Source of the DNA: Octopus sinensis
Lineage: Eukaryota
Length of the DNA stretch: 64,000 bases
Assembly: GCF_006345805.1 (NCBI RefSeq)
Contig: NC_043002.1
Location: 80,538,001-80,602,000, forward strand
Direction: 5' to 3'
In this document: piece by piece, positions 23,366 to 37,024 of the stretch
Numbering within the stretch: the first letter of the stretch is position 1
How the letters are laid out: the number at the start of each line of letters is the position of its first letter
Position numbers and translations under genes: made by a program
Notes under the pieces: model-generated
The model's database searches: none
Told to the model about the DNA's origin: nothing
Seen by the model: only the letters and a program-made list of their open reading frames with translations

Positions 23366-24379
23366 TACTCCACCGGAGTCGACTTGTGACTAAACGACTG
23401 AAGTTTTGTACAAGTAAACAATGTCTCTTTGCAAGGAATCGAACCTCTAGCGAATACTCTGTTCTCTGGTATCATCATTCTGCGAAGTTTACTTCCGTCT
23501 CTAAATTATTTGTCCACACCTGCTTTCCCTATTGTTTTAATAGTTTTCTGGGGGTTTTTTTTTTCTTTCCTTTTTTTGTGTGTATTTTGCAAAAATTTTA
23601 ATTTATTGCGTGTAAATTATAGACGTTGCTGTAGGAAGGTGTTGTGCTGGCGGTTATGGCAGTGGTGATGGTTATGGAGGTGTTGGCTGTGTCAGTGGTG
23701 ATGGTGGTGATGATCGTCGTAATGGTGGTGAGGTGAGATAATATTGATGTATTTGTTCTTGCTGATTGTTGAGGTTTATTCTTAGGTGGTGGTAGAGGTG
23801 GTGGCTGAATGTTTGGATGTGATGCTGAATAGGTGCGGTTGTGATGGTGGTGGGTTTGATGGTACTGGTTTTGTTGTAGGGACGGTGGTTGAGTTTGAGG
23901 TGATAGAGGTGGGAGTAGTGTTGATGATAGAAGTGGTAGTGGCTGAGATAATAGTAAAAGTGGTGTCGGTAGGGGCGAGGCTGGCGGTGATAGAGAAGAT
24001 ATCCTTTCTTTCATTATTGCTTTCGCTCTTCTTCATTATCTCCTTTAATCTTTCTAGCCCTCGCACAAAGTCTTTCACTTTCACTATCACCTTTTCTCTC
24101 AACCTCCCTCCCAGTCATATTCTCTCTCTCTCACTCACACACACACATACACACACACACACACACACAGAGTCTTCTTTTAGATACCATTATACATTAA
24201 ATAATACCAGACTACGTTTTTCTACTTTCGCTTTTGGCATTTCCTGTATTCTCGTAATTTTTCCTTCCCTCTTAATCCCGGCGTTTCATTGGTAATTAGA
24301 TACATGAAGATATCACTATTGTCATATATAATGACGGGAAGGAGGAGAAAAGAGAGAGAGAGTGAGAGATGGAGTGATT

Positions 24380-24567
24380 GAGAGAGAGAGAGAGAGAAAG
24401 AGAGCTACGAACGTACAAAGAGATAGACAGACAGATGGACAGACAGACAGAAAGATTTACAGGCACGCAGATAGATATTCAGGAGGAGAAACGATAAAAA
24501 GGAAAGATAGAGTAAACATTATTTCGCTGATGATTACACCTTCATACATGCATAGATATATACATAG

Positions 24568-24615
<48 letters not shown>

Positions 24616-24942
24616 AATATATATATATATATATATACATACAAATATGCATAAATACATGCATAAAACATGCATACATACATGCATACATGCATACATA
24701 CATACATACATACATACAGCATACATACATACATACATACATACATATGTACCTACATATATGCACATGTACATATATGCAGATAGATAGATAGATAGAT
24801 AGATAGATTGATTGATTGATTGATAGAAATGTAGATATATAGATAGACAGATATAAGGAAAGAAAGATTGATAGATAGGTAGATATATAGATAGACAGAC
24901 AAATAGAAAGAAAGAAAGATAGACAGACTGATATATAGCTCG

Positions 24943-25011
<69 letters not shown>

Positions 25012-25012
25012 A
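24380..25012. repeat. (GA)n, (TA)n, (CATA)n and (GATA)n microsatellites
   Basis: Direct simple repeats. Confidence 0.9.
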
Positions 25013-25384
25013 AAGATAAGAAAAGAAAGTAGGTAATTTTTCCCTTAATGTAAAATACGAAAACGCCTTATGATTTAGGGGTGACGTAAGCAGAAAAGAC
25101 AAATAAACACAAGGAGTGCATTCATTCGTTCACATGGAAGACAGCATGTACCTAAAAATGAATGACATAATCAAATCTTATGTTTGCAGCTCTTTCACAT
25201 ACAACAATAAATGATGAAAAACCTTTGCATCCACCACTCTTATAATGGTAAGACTGAGATTACGTTAATAAAGTTTCTCTGTTTGTTTCTTTGGAGTTGT
25301 TAGAAAGCCCTGTATCCCAGTATTAGTTGGGGGAAAGAGAAGCAGTTTGTTTCATAGATACAATTTCTATTAATACTAAATCTT

Positions 25385-25746
25385 TTAGTCTCTTTACTCT
25401 ATTAATTGTATCAGTCCTTTGATTGAGGCCATGCTGGATAACCGCCTTTAGTCGAGCAAATCGTCCCCAGGAGTTATTCTTTGTAAGCCTAGTACTTATT
25501 CTATCGGTCTATTTTGCCGAACCGCTAAGTTACGGGGACGTAAACACAACAGCAGCGGTTGTCAAGCGATGTTAGGGGACAAACACAGACACACAAACAT
25601 ATACACGCACATAGAATATATATATGTAAAATAATATGTGACAATTATTCGGTAGCCAAGATAAAACTGAGTTTCGGATGCCGAGGTGGAAATCCACAAC
25701 ACCATCTCTTCCGTTATCTGGCCATCTCTCTCTCTCTCTATCTCTC

Positions 25747-25807
<61 letters not shown>

Positions 25808-25842
25808 ATATATATATATTATATAATATATAGAGATATTCT

Positions 25843-25891
<49 letters not shown>

Positions 25892-26057
25892 CGACGTGCT
25901 TCTTTCAGTTTCCGTCTACCAAATCCACTCAAGAGGCTCTGGTCTGCCCGTGGCTATAGTAGAAAACACCTGCCCAAGCTGCCACGCAGTGGGACTGAAC
26001 CCGGAACCATGTGGTTCGTAAGCAAGCTACGTGCCACACAGCCACTCCTACGCCTAC
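25385..26057 (-). mobile_element. Full-length SINE family B interrupted at its internal microsatellite
   Basis: Head 25890-26057 and tail 25385-25600 match 60400-60893. Confidence 0.85.
25625..25722 (-). mobile_element. Third copy of the 9.8/10.6 kb hammerhead element terminus
   Basis: GATAA-CGGAAGA-GATG...CATC-C-GAAA-CTCAG-TT-TTATC followed by GGCTACCGAATAATTGTCACATATTAT as at 10641-10667. Confidence 0.75.
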
Positions 26058-26574
26058 CAATGTTATAAAAGAAAGTGAAGTTGCTTCAGGATATATTCAA
26101 ATCTCTATACTTTTCTTCGTCTGTCTGAAGGTATATATCTTTGTACCCAGAATAAATGCATTTGTTAAGAAACCATTAATTTCAGACAAATAATGGTGGT
26201 AATTGATTAACTATAAGTACTTATAATATATTCAATATTTATAACTAAATCAGAATTTATCAGTTTAATAATTTTATTTACGTCTACGAATACTATTATT
26301 TCAATTGTCTAAACGAATCAGCATTTTACTAACAGATTAAGATATTAAATTTTTGATTGTTTTGCATTCCAGTTATTATTTTTTAAATTTGAAAATAAAA
26401 CTGAAAATTCAGCAGAAAAGCCATATTAAATCAACAAAACAAATAATATTTCAACGAAACCTAAATAAAATGTAAAGAAAAAAGAACACTATAACATTAA
26501 ATTATACATTCTGCAGCAGTTGCATAAATATTTAACTTTCTGAAATACAAATCTATAATTAATAAATATGATGG

Positions 26575-26595
26575 TCATAATGATAATGGTTATGT

Positions 26596-26683
<88 letters not shown>

Positions 26684-26694
26684 GATGACGATGG

Positions 26695-26728
<34 letters not shown>

Positions 26729-26848
26729 GGTGGTGGTGGTGATGATGATGGTGATGTGGAGGAATAGAAGGAGGTTGTTGATGCTCGACGATGAAGGTGA
26801 TGACGATGATGATGATGGTGATCATAATTATAACAATAATAATATCAT

Positions 26849-26883
<35 letters not shown>

Positions 26884-26889
26884 ATGGTG

Positions 26890-26967
<78 letters not shown>

Positions 26968-27130
26968 TCGATAGGGGGGAAATAACTATGATAATGACGA
27001 CAATGTCAAAGATGATGACAACGAGGATGACGACGACCACCACCACCACCATGATGGTCTTCATTATGATCATCATCATGATAATCTTTATCATCATCAG
27101 TGGCATCATCATCATCTTAACCATCATCAT
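26575..27130. repeat. (GAT)n/(GGT)n/(ACT)n/(AAT)n tract
   Basis: Direct trinucleotide repeats. Confidence 0.95.
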
Positions 27131-28062
27131 GATAGCAAATACACAATGCTACCTTGCAAAATCTCTAAAAATAATTTCGAAACTTTAGTAATAAGATGAA
27201 AGTGTAATCAAACTTTAAAGGGTTTTTATTTTGTTTTTGTCATTAGGGTTAACGACAACAATATTGCAATGTTATTGAAGGTAGGGGCGCTAGGTAAAGG
27301 GTCAGTAGAGGACATGGCTGTCACAGAAATGCGAAAGATAACAAGGTCACTAAAAGAAGATAGCTGCCCATTGCCCTAGTGACGACGACTCTATTTTAAC
27401 TGTTTTCATTAGTCTGTGACATTTTAAACACTCTGGTTCCCTTTTGTCTAGTATAAAATTGCGACTCAACTCGTTTTTATGGTTATTTTGAAAGAATACA
27501 TTAACATTTTGTTTTTATGCCTTCAAACAGAGAGGCCGACTAACGCAACCAACCAAAAATTAAACCGACGACACAATGAAAACATGTCAAAATTTTTTTA
27601 AAAAAATACTATTATCTCGTTTACTAACGTCAATAAATGCTGCATTTATTGCTCTGGAAAAATGCATTTTCCTTGCTTTGTTAATTAATGGAAGTTAGTG
27701 TTGTATTATTACTGTTTGTTTATTTTCTAAATTTTGTGTTTAGTTTCGTTAAATAGAGCGAAGGTGACCGAAGCAGTAAGTTACTGGTCAGTGATGCCAT
27801 GACAGCTGTTCAAATTTCGACAGCATATTTGTTCAATTTTTACTATAAATATCGTTGTCGTCATTGTTCTGGTTGCTGTTGTTAGCCCCAAGGCGCCGGT
27901 GATCCAGCAAACCGATGCTCAAAGACGACTATGCCGTAACCATCACATCATTCATTCCACACATCAGTGTTCATAAAACTTTGTGTTGTTCCTTTCTTAA
28001 GACACCAAGCTGTGAAATCTCTCCCCCCCTCTCTCTCTCTATCTATCTATCTATCTATCTAC

Positions 28063-28104
<42 letters not shown>

Positions 28105-28108
28105 ATGT

Positions 28109-28385
28109 GGAGGCGCAATGGCCCAGTGGTTAGGGCAGCGGACTCGCGGTCGTAGGATCGCGGTTTCGATTCCCAGACCGGGCGTTGTGAGTGTTTATTG
28201 AGCGAAAACACCTAGAAGCTCTACGAGACTCCGGCAGGTGGTGGTGATCCCTGCTGTACTCTTTCACCACTCTTTCTCCCTCTCTTTCTTCTGTTGGCCT
28301 GCTCGCTTAGCCAGCGGGGTGGCGTCATTCGAAGGCTAAAACTATGCGAACGCATTGTGACCATCAGATAGACTGGTCGTAAAAA
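28109..28385 (+). mobile_element. tRNA-derived SINE family C, short-tail form
   Basis: GGAGGCGCAATGGCCCAGTGGTTAGGGCAGCGGACTCGCGGTCG...GGTTTCGATTCCC head with A and B boxes. Confidence 0.85.
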
Positions 28386-28413
28386 AATGGAATATATATA
28401 TAATATATATATA

Positions 28414-28445
<32 letters not shown>

Positions 28446-28718
28446 TGTGTGTGTGTATGTATGTATATATATATATATATATATATACTCGATAACGAGG
28501 GGGCAGCCATAATATAATATATATATATGAGAAGAAGAAGAAGAAGAAGAAGAAGAAGAAGAATTACAAATGTAACTAAATACAACTAGGGAGTTAGGAA
28601 AACCTGCAATGCTAGAAATAACAGCTAAACTGCTCTAATGCTGTAGTTAATGCACATGAATGAAACCATATACATTAACAGGGACCATAATCGTCCGAAA
28701 AGCGCCTATCGAGATTTC

Positions 28719-28767
28719 CTAACACTGACACATCAGTTTCATCAATTTCCGTTGCTTCATCAGCTCG
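28719..28767 (-). ncRNA. Type I hammerhead motif with 5-bp helix III and non-canonical GUG triplet
   Basis: CGAG-CTGATGA-AGCAACGGAAATTGAT-GAA-ACTGA tgtg TCAGT-G-TTAG. Confidence 0.5.
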
Positions 28768-28807
28768 ACTGTTCGACTCATTTCGGACTCGGTGTTTAAA
28801 TTAATTT

Positions 28808-28854
<47 letters not shown>

Positions 28855-29884
28855 TCCCTTCCTGCACACATATTTTGTTTATAAGGATCAAATGTATGTG
28901 TTGTGCATAAGCTCCATCAAATCGATTTTGGCATTACAGTTTCAGAAGTATGCCTCATGATCGCAGAGCAGCGTGAAAACAAATGTTTTACTCAAAAATA
29001 CAGCAATCTACCCAGTCTGAAAATTGAAATCCCAATCTCGCAATCGTGAGTGCAACAACGTAATTACTAGACCATATACATATATGTATGTGTATTCGTG
29101 TGTGTGTCTGTGTAGACACACACATGCATATGAACATACATGTATACATATATACATACGTCTGCGTGTGTGTTTATAGGGAGAGTGATGTATTAAATCA
29201 CCTGAAGTACTTTATTACGTCCCTTTACGTATTCATTTCAAAATAGACTAAGGCCGACTCCATTTTTTGTCAACGTAGGATCAATAATATAAATTCCAAT
29301 AATATACTGAAACAGAGTTAATCGATTACACCCTCAGCCAAAATTTCTGTCATTGTGCCAATGACAGCAATCGATAAATTTTACAAGTACGGCCAAAGAG
29401 AGTTAAATATATTCGATGTTGTTAGTGCAGCAAGTGGGGCAACAGACTCCGATATTGTAAAACCCTCAATTAAGCGTTGTCTAATGCTAAAATAATGTTA
29501 TGTATAACATTTATCACATAATAAATCTCAACAGCCAATACCGACATTTATGATAGACAAAAAGAAACAAATATGGAACTGTGGTAGAAACAATTATATC
29601 GATCATGCCATTTCAATTCCATTTCATTCCAATATCGGTGCTAACAGCATAAACTCTGAGGTGGTGGTGGTAACATGATACGAACTTAGAATGTAAGTAC
29701 ATCATCGAATATTATAATGACTATTGGCATATAGCTCGACAAATGATCAAGAAGAAAGGTGTTACATGCCCAATTTATCGAATATGAATTGAACTCTTGG
29801 TGGCCCAGATAAATGCATGGATCGCTTTGCTCCGGTCTCTCATGTTTGTATCTTAGTTTATATCTTATAGAAAGGAAATAATGA

Positions 29885-30090
29885 CCCTTTCTACTTTAGG
29901 CACCTATCTTGGACATTTGTGAAAGCAGGTTTATCTAGTAGATCCACACAAGTGATCAACTGCTTCTTATTTCAATCATCGCGAAAGGATGGAGGATGAA
30001 GTCGACCTCGGTACTATTGCTGACTAAAATGTGAAGATGAACGAAATGCCGCGAAGCATTTTGCCCGGCGTTCTAAATATTCCGTCAGTT
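29885..30090 (-). mobile_element. SINE family A, diverged
   Basis: GAAAGGATGGA...AAGTCGACCTCGG...GAACGAAATGCCGCGAAGCATTTTGCCCGGCG. Confidence 0.75.
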
Positions 30091-30149
30091 TTAGCACGGG
30101 TTTTCATGCGCTTAGCTTTTTCTGCGCTTGTTACTAGTATGTCTAATTC

Positions 30150-30490
30150 TGGAATTTTTTGCAAATAGCTTTAAATCATCTATGTAAATGAGATGATTTA
30201 TATTTTTATCAGATATTTTATAATCGTACTGTGCATCATTGAGCAATTTTGAGAGAGGTATTAAGACTAGACAAAAGAGGAGTGGTGATAGTGAGTCACC
30301 CTGGGAAATGACACATGAAATTTTTACATCTCCAGCATTTAGAGATTCATTGTCACTGTTCAAAATCAGTGAGGTTCTCCTCCATGATCTCATACTTACA
30401 GATAACAAGTTACGCAGAGTAGGCGCTATTTTATACATTTCCAGACATTTCTTAATCCTGCTATGTGGTAAGCTATCAAAAGCCTTTTTT
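30150..30490 (-). pseudogene. R4/Dong-like non-LTR reverse transcriptase fragment
   Basis: KKAFDSLPH...ISQGDSLSPLLFCLVLIPLS...INHLIYIDDLKLFAK (central RT motifs). Confidence 0.9.
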
Positions 30491-30612
30491 ATTATTATCA
30501 AAAGCTTTCCTCTTCTCTTCTTCTTCTTCTTCTTCTTCTTCTTCTTCTTCTTCTTCTTCTTCTTCTTCTCTTCTTCTTCTTCTTCTCCTCCTTCTTCTTC
30601 TTCTCATTATTA

Positions 30613-30648
<36 letters not shown>

Positions 30649-31641
30649 TATTATTATTATCCTCCTCCTCCTCCTCCTCATCATCATCATCATCATTATT
30701 ATTATTATTATTATTAATAATAGAAACCAAAAAGCCAAATGAAGTCAAAAACCATAAATAAGATTATCTGACTGTCATTATTTTGGGATCGATAAATAAA
30801 GCCCCAGTAAATTTCTAGTGTCGATTAATTATTCTGCTCTCTCAAAATGCCTCACATTCTGCCTATATAAAAAAAACCATTAAAGTAAAAGCGGCATGGA
30901 GAGTATTGTTACTCTTTAAATCTGGTGTTCAAATCGCGCTGACGTCGACATGACATTTCGTTTTCTCGCGATCGATAATATAATTGCTACTCATGTACTG
31001 ATTATGATGTGGTCTAATATAATGTAATATATTCTACCGTAGCCAGCCCCTGAAAGCTATTCCAGCTTGTGACTATTTCAGAAACAACAATTACCAAAGG
31101 AATTCGAAATTGGTAGAAATTAAACCGTGCCGGATTAAAAGTAAATCTGATATGAATTGCGACAGACGAAAGGGTGTGGTGCTCATGATAAATATAATAA
31201 TAAAAAAAAAAGAAATCAATGCAACACATTTAAGCTGGCTTCAAATCAATCATTGAAACAAGAGTAACATTAGCAAAAACACACCATCACAAACGCCAAC
31301 AATAGTTAACAGCGACAGAAACCTTTACTCCGGAAGAAGAGACATCGACAACAATAACAACAACAATAACAAAAAAAATCGATAAATATTATTAGCAACT
31401 TGGTAAAAACAGCGCGAAAATAACAACAAGAAAAACACACTAGAAAACAATAATTGAAGATGTAATCGAAGTTATATGGGTTTTTACGGTGTTCTTTGAT
31501 TAGATAATGTTAGGAGCAAATGAAATTTTGCGGATGATGAATGCCGCATATTTGTTTTATGACATGCTGTCTCACTTGTTTTAGTTTTGTTTCTATTATC
31601 GAAGTGGCTCTATGCCAATACGAACGAGAAAACTATTATTA

Positions 31642-31709
<68 letters not shown>

Positions 31710-31710
<1 letters not shown>

Positions 31711-31938
31711 AGTGCAGCGAGCTGGCAGAGTCATTAGCGCGCTGGACTAAGTGCTTAGCGATATTTCACCCGTCGCTACGTTCTGAGTTCAAGTTCCGCC
31801 GAGGTCGACACTGCCTCTCATCCTTTCGCGATCGATAAATTAAGTACCAATGAAATACTTGGATCGTTGTAATCGACTCATCCCCTCCCCCCTAGATTCC
31901 AGGGCTTGTGCCTATAGTAGAAAGGATTATCATTATTA
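31710..31938 (+). mobile_element. SINE family A, full length (tail variant 1)
   Basis: GCGAGCTGGCAGAGTCATTAGC head, GAGTTCAAG B-box, GAGGTCGAC...TCATCCTTTCG body, CTTGTGCCTATAGTAGAAAGG(ATT)n tail. Confidence 0.9.
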
Positions 31939-32081
31939 TTTTATGTTTGACTTTTGCTTTACATTTGTACAAGTTGGCTCCAAATCTCCCCCCAAATTTT
32001 CTGGCCTTGCGCCTACGGTATAAAGAATCATCATCATCATCATCATCATCATTATTATCATCATCACCATCATCATCACCG

Positions 32082-32147
<66 letters not shown>

Positions 32148-32179
32148 ATATAGAGATGTTATAATGCATAATGATCATA

Positions 32180-32575
32180 CAGGGCAGTGTGTAGCAGAAG
32201 AGCTAGAACGTCGAAGCAAATGCTTTTTGGGGTTCATATAGAAAAAATATTGTTTTTGCGAAGCACTTTTCCAATTTGAGTTCACATCCCACTGAGATCA
32301 AATTCGCCTTTCAATCTCACGATATCACTGAATTGAGGTACCATTGAAGTACTGGAGTCGATATAAACGACTTCTTTCTTGCACCCAAAATATTTGACCT
32401 TCTGCATAGGTTACAATATTTTGGCATCAGAACGGCAGATTGGCGGAATCGCTAAAGTGTTGCACAGGATACCGTGCCCTATTGGTTCTGGATCTGTAGA
32501 TTCTGATTTGAAATCCTCTGGAGATCAGCTTTGCTTTTCACCGTTAACGAAATAAGGTGTCAGTAAAATATTCGA
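32180..32575 (+). mobile_element. Two old SINE family A copies in tandem
   Basis: GAGTTCACATCCCACTGAGATCAAATTCGCCTTTCA and GATTTGAAATCCTCTGGAGATCAGCTTTGCTTTTCA. Confidence 0.55.
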
Positions 32576-32587
32576 TTCACTTGGTTA

Positions 32588-33090
32588 TTCTTCATCAGCA
32601 GGTAGCCTTTAGATTTTAAATATACACAAAACGAGATCGATTACGCATGTAAAGTCATTGTTTTTATATTCAAATTTTTGAAATCCACCGTGCAGACGCG
32701 GTCTATTTCCGGCAACAGAGAGGATGCCGGTAAAACCTCAAACAAATTTATCAAAAATCATTTAAACATAATAAATAATATTAAGGTAATAAGAATTATC
32801 AAAGACTGGCCTCAGTAAATCTTTTTTACTGAAATAAGTCAGAAACCATTGTCTAGGAATTAAATTAGATGGTAAATGTTTTTAATTTTCATAACCGTCG
32901 AGAATTTATTCCTAATTAGTGGTTTGAATTTTTAACTGTTCTTTCTAGCGCTAGGCTTTCCTATGATGGAAGCCTCATAATGTGTCTTAATGTACATGAT
33001 ATTTTATATGAATAATATATAGTCTATTCACTAGTTTTTTTGCGCTAGGCCACTGGTAATAAAAAAATATCTATAATTCCTATTACCCTA
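32588..33090. mobile_element. Internally inverted copy of the 53.1-53.6 kb hammerhead element
   Basis: 32588-32755 co-linear with 53402-53555; 32801-33090 is the reverse complement of 53115-53404. Confidence 0.85.
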
Positions 33091-33093
33091 ATG

Positions 33094-33157
<64 letters not shown>

Positions 33158-33193
33158 CATATATATATACATATGTGTGTGTGTGTGTATGTA

Positions 33194-33230
<37 letters not shown>

Positions 33231-34659
33231 TTATAATCAAAGACGGTGTTGGCTCTCGTTGAAATTAAGCCTCCCCAAAACAAATTAGATCTTAGCAACG
33301 ATTGCTGAGAGGTGGGTTTTGAACAGAGCTGGGATTCAAACAAAAAAAATACCTAAGGAGAATGGAAAATATTGTTGACTAATGTGGAATATGAAACCAA
33401 ATTGTTGGATAAGCATTCAATGCGCTGATGATACTTTGTCCTGGACGCAATAAAGCTAAATTTTACTAAGCAATGTCTGAAGGATTGAGTGACCAGTAAC
33501 ATACGCAGTCATTCCTAGTTATGTCATATTTGGTTCCAGGTTCAAATCGTTCAGAGTTCACGTTTTCTCTTTTTTTTCTTCTGAGGTCGGTGAAATATGT
33601 GCTAGTAAACTCTTAGAAGATGATTAAATCGAATACAAACCTCCCTCGAAATGCGAAGCCTTGTGCTCAAGGTCGCAAATAAAAAAGCGAATAAAAAAAG
33701 AACTCAGAAGATAGTAAAATATTAAAAAAAAACAAATAAATTAAAATACATTGTAATAAAATTTCTCCATGATAAAATAAAATAAATACCAAAAGGAAAT
33801 AAAAAGCCTAACATTGTTACAAAGAAAGGAAAGACTGAGGTGACGGCTTCTGAGAGGTGGGTCAAATGTAGAGCCTATAGGTTACTACGGATGGAGGTAG
33901 GCGTGGAATGCGGAACAATGTATTCAATCAGCATTTCAAAGAAATGCGACAAGCTTTGCTATTAAAATTAGTTGTTTGGTAGCGTGTACTTTTATATATA
34001 TTTCTGTTTTCATTTTATCATTTGTTTATTTATATATTTTTTCTTGTTTTATTTTCATTTATCACGCACATTTTTCACTCGCTTGCATATTTAAAATACT
34101 ATTACGTCTGATAAATAGATATCATCTGTCCATTACAACATTTATTGCCTACTGCAGTTGCTACTGTTTGAACGACTCACCGAAAGAGAATTTATGTGAT
34201 CACTAACTCTGCTAGAAAGAGCAGCCACTTTTCTTTCAATTCACAAAGTACTGTCTTGGAAAAAGAAGAAACCCGTTCGATAATATGGTCTTCGTTCGGT
34301 GCACTGAGCCATAAAAAAAGATGGGCTCGTCACGGATTTAGACTAAACTATAAATTCATTTCAATAGCTATGTTGCAGACAATGTTACTATTGTTTCTGT
34401 CATTATTATTTTTATTGTTGTTGCTAGTGTTCTTTTTATTATTGTATTTGTTATTAATTGCTTCTGGTTTTTATGTTATTGTTCTTGTTCCTACATAAAG
34501 TAAGAATCAATATAATGTCTGTAATTAGAAAGAAGTAATTTTTTACCACTTTGAGACACCAGATATTTTCAATATTTCTGTTGTTTCAAATAATTTGAAA
34601 ATACGTCCTCACTGAATGGGGTTTCTGCAGTCGAATACTATTGCAGCAACTGGTGCTGT

Positions 34660-35146
34660 ATTCTTCTTCTTCTTCTTCTTCTTCTTCTTCCAATTACGAC
34701 TCACGCCACTAGCCACAAAGAATAATCTAATTCGAGCCTAATCTAAGCTACTAAAAATGCGTGTGGCAACTTGAAGATCCACCACCACATTCAATAGACT
34801 GGCGGTTGCAGGGGCGTGAAAGCTACGTTGTTATCCTCATTCCGTAAACTGTGCCTTTTAACGGGTGGAGAGCTGAACCATCCTGGGGTACAGAGGATTC
34901 GCAATCTAGACTAGGGTCTGAAAATTAACCACGCCATAGTCGGTTACTCCATGGTTCCTCGTCTTTCTTGTAGAAGTAGGAAGAAAGTGTGAGAGATAGC
35001 TGTGCTGAAAGAGTACAGCGGGGTTCACCACCCTCCTGCGCCGGAGCCTCGTGGAGCTTAGGTGTTTTTGCTCAATAAACACTCACAATGCCCGGACCGG
35101 GAATCGAAACCGCGTTCTTACGACCGCCAGTCGCTGCCCTAACCAC
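34660..35146 (-). mobile_element. SINE family C, long-tail form ending in (GAA)n
   Basis: Head matches 28109; ~300 bp tail matches 58260-58535. Confidence 0.85.
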
Positions 35147-35267
35147 ACTGCTGCTGTTGCTATTGCTTCTCTTACTGCTGCTGATAAAAAAGATGATGAT
35201 TTTTGCTTTTAATATATATTGTTGTTATTATTGTTGATTTGAGCGAGGTCCCTCTTAATATAATATT

Positions 35268-35480
35268 GATTTCAAATTTTGGCACAATGGCAGCAAGTTC
35301 GGGGAAGGGGTTAAATCGATTAAATTTACTCTAGAGTTCAACTGGTACTTATTTTATCGACTGGAAATGATAAAAAGTAAAGTCGACCTCGGCGGAATGT
35401 GAACGCTGAGCGTAAAGACAAACGAAATACTGCTAGGCATTTCTGCCAGGCGCGCCAATGATTCCGCCAATTCGCTAACT
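35268..35480 (-). mobile_element. SINE family A
   Basis: ACTGGTACTTATTTTATCGAC...AAAGTCGACCTCGGCGGAAT...GATTCCGCCAATTCGC. Confidence 0.85.
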
Positions 35481-35903
35481 TCTCTGCTAATATAATATTT
35501 ATCAAACAAACCTATGGTTGCAAGCGATGCATTACCAAACATAACGCTTCCAGTGAAGTAGGAGGACAGTTTACATGACCCCCACCCCAGGTTGTGAGAA
35601 AGTCGATCTCTTCTATTTTAATGGAGACTATATGGAGTCAGGCTAATGTACTTCAAGAAACGTCTCAAACATTAGATAGTTCTGATCGGAAAGCTTTTGC
35701 TCATAAACATCCTTAATACGAATCTACTCTTATTTTCTAATTTAGAGCAACAGAATCAATTTTGAGGATAGAGGGCAAGTCCTCACTATCAACACTGCTA
35801 CTAAATTGTGCTTCAATTATCTACTTCGAAAAGTTGATGTTGACTCCGTTGGGATTTGAACCCAAAATGTAATGAGGTCAAACAAATGTATGCATACATA
35901 CAC

Positions 35904-35935
<32 letters not shown>

Positions 35936-36924
35936 TTTCAATATATATATATACATACATACATACATACATACATACATACATACATACATACATACAA
36001 ACGCGCACATACGTACGTGCACACACACAAACATATATATATATAAATACGCACACTCATCCATTACATAGACGCGCAATATTTTCTATTTGTTTTGCAA
36101 AAATAATGAAAGCATCTGCAGAAACAGATGTTATTTCATTAATTTGGATGGATAATTTTGGCAATAATTAACATGCATTTATTATCTGCTATTATTATCA
36201 GCCACCTAATAAACTCATTTAGTAATCAGGTGATTGAGAGTGCAATAACATCTATAAAATATTTTTACTGTAAATCTGAAAGTTGCAAACTTCAAGACTC
36301 CAGCTGTTACACTGGACATACCAGTACAACTCACTCTTTGGCTTATCACGCATTTACATCAAGGAGCTAGCGTAGAACCCTATTGCACGCACCACAAAAC
36401 CAGGTTGGGTACAGATATACGAGAGAATATTACTTACATACTTTATAGAATTCCTCTAAAAAATAGAAGATTAATCATGGAATCCAAACTGATATCGCAA
36501 TTGCTAATAAAAGCAAAGAGGCAAACACACACAAGAACAAAAATAGCTCAGACATGAAACCTAACGGCAAAAGATATGACTAGCGCAAGCAGATCAACGC
36601 ATCACTAATGAAGAATGAGCCAAATTCTCCAAAAGAAATTCGGTTGGGAATTCAACATAGATTTATCCAGAAGATAAGAAAGAGAGACATCTAGTGTATT
36701 CAATTCTGGAACCGAGACTGTGAAAGTCAGGAAACAAATATTAATTAACAACGTTATTAATTAACTAGGTCCAAACTAGGTATATAAACCTATTAACAAG
36801 AAAAATCTAAAAACAAATGAAGATAAAACTTGAACACGATCTTGTATATAATGAGATATATATTTATGAAAATGTATACAGACACACACATATATATACT
36901 TATATACATATGTGTGCGTGCGTG

Positions 36925-36994
<70 letters not shown>

Positions 36995-37024
36995 GTGTGT
37001 ATGTATATATATATATGCATACAT

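Noticed and set aside
23598-24295. Overlapping Pro/Thr/Val-rich ORFs resembling a mucin
   Set aside because: Degenerate (GGT/GAT)n low-complexity DNA open on both strands
28109-28185. tRNA gene candidate
   Set aside because: Repeated at 35090-35146 and 58635-58710 with SINE bodies; cloverleaf incomplete
36600-36655. CTAATGA-AGAAT...ATTCT...GAAA hammerhead-like string
   Set aside because: G5 missing, extra spacer before GAAA, no helix I
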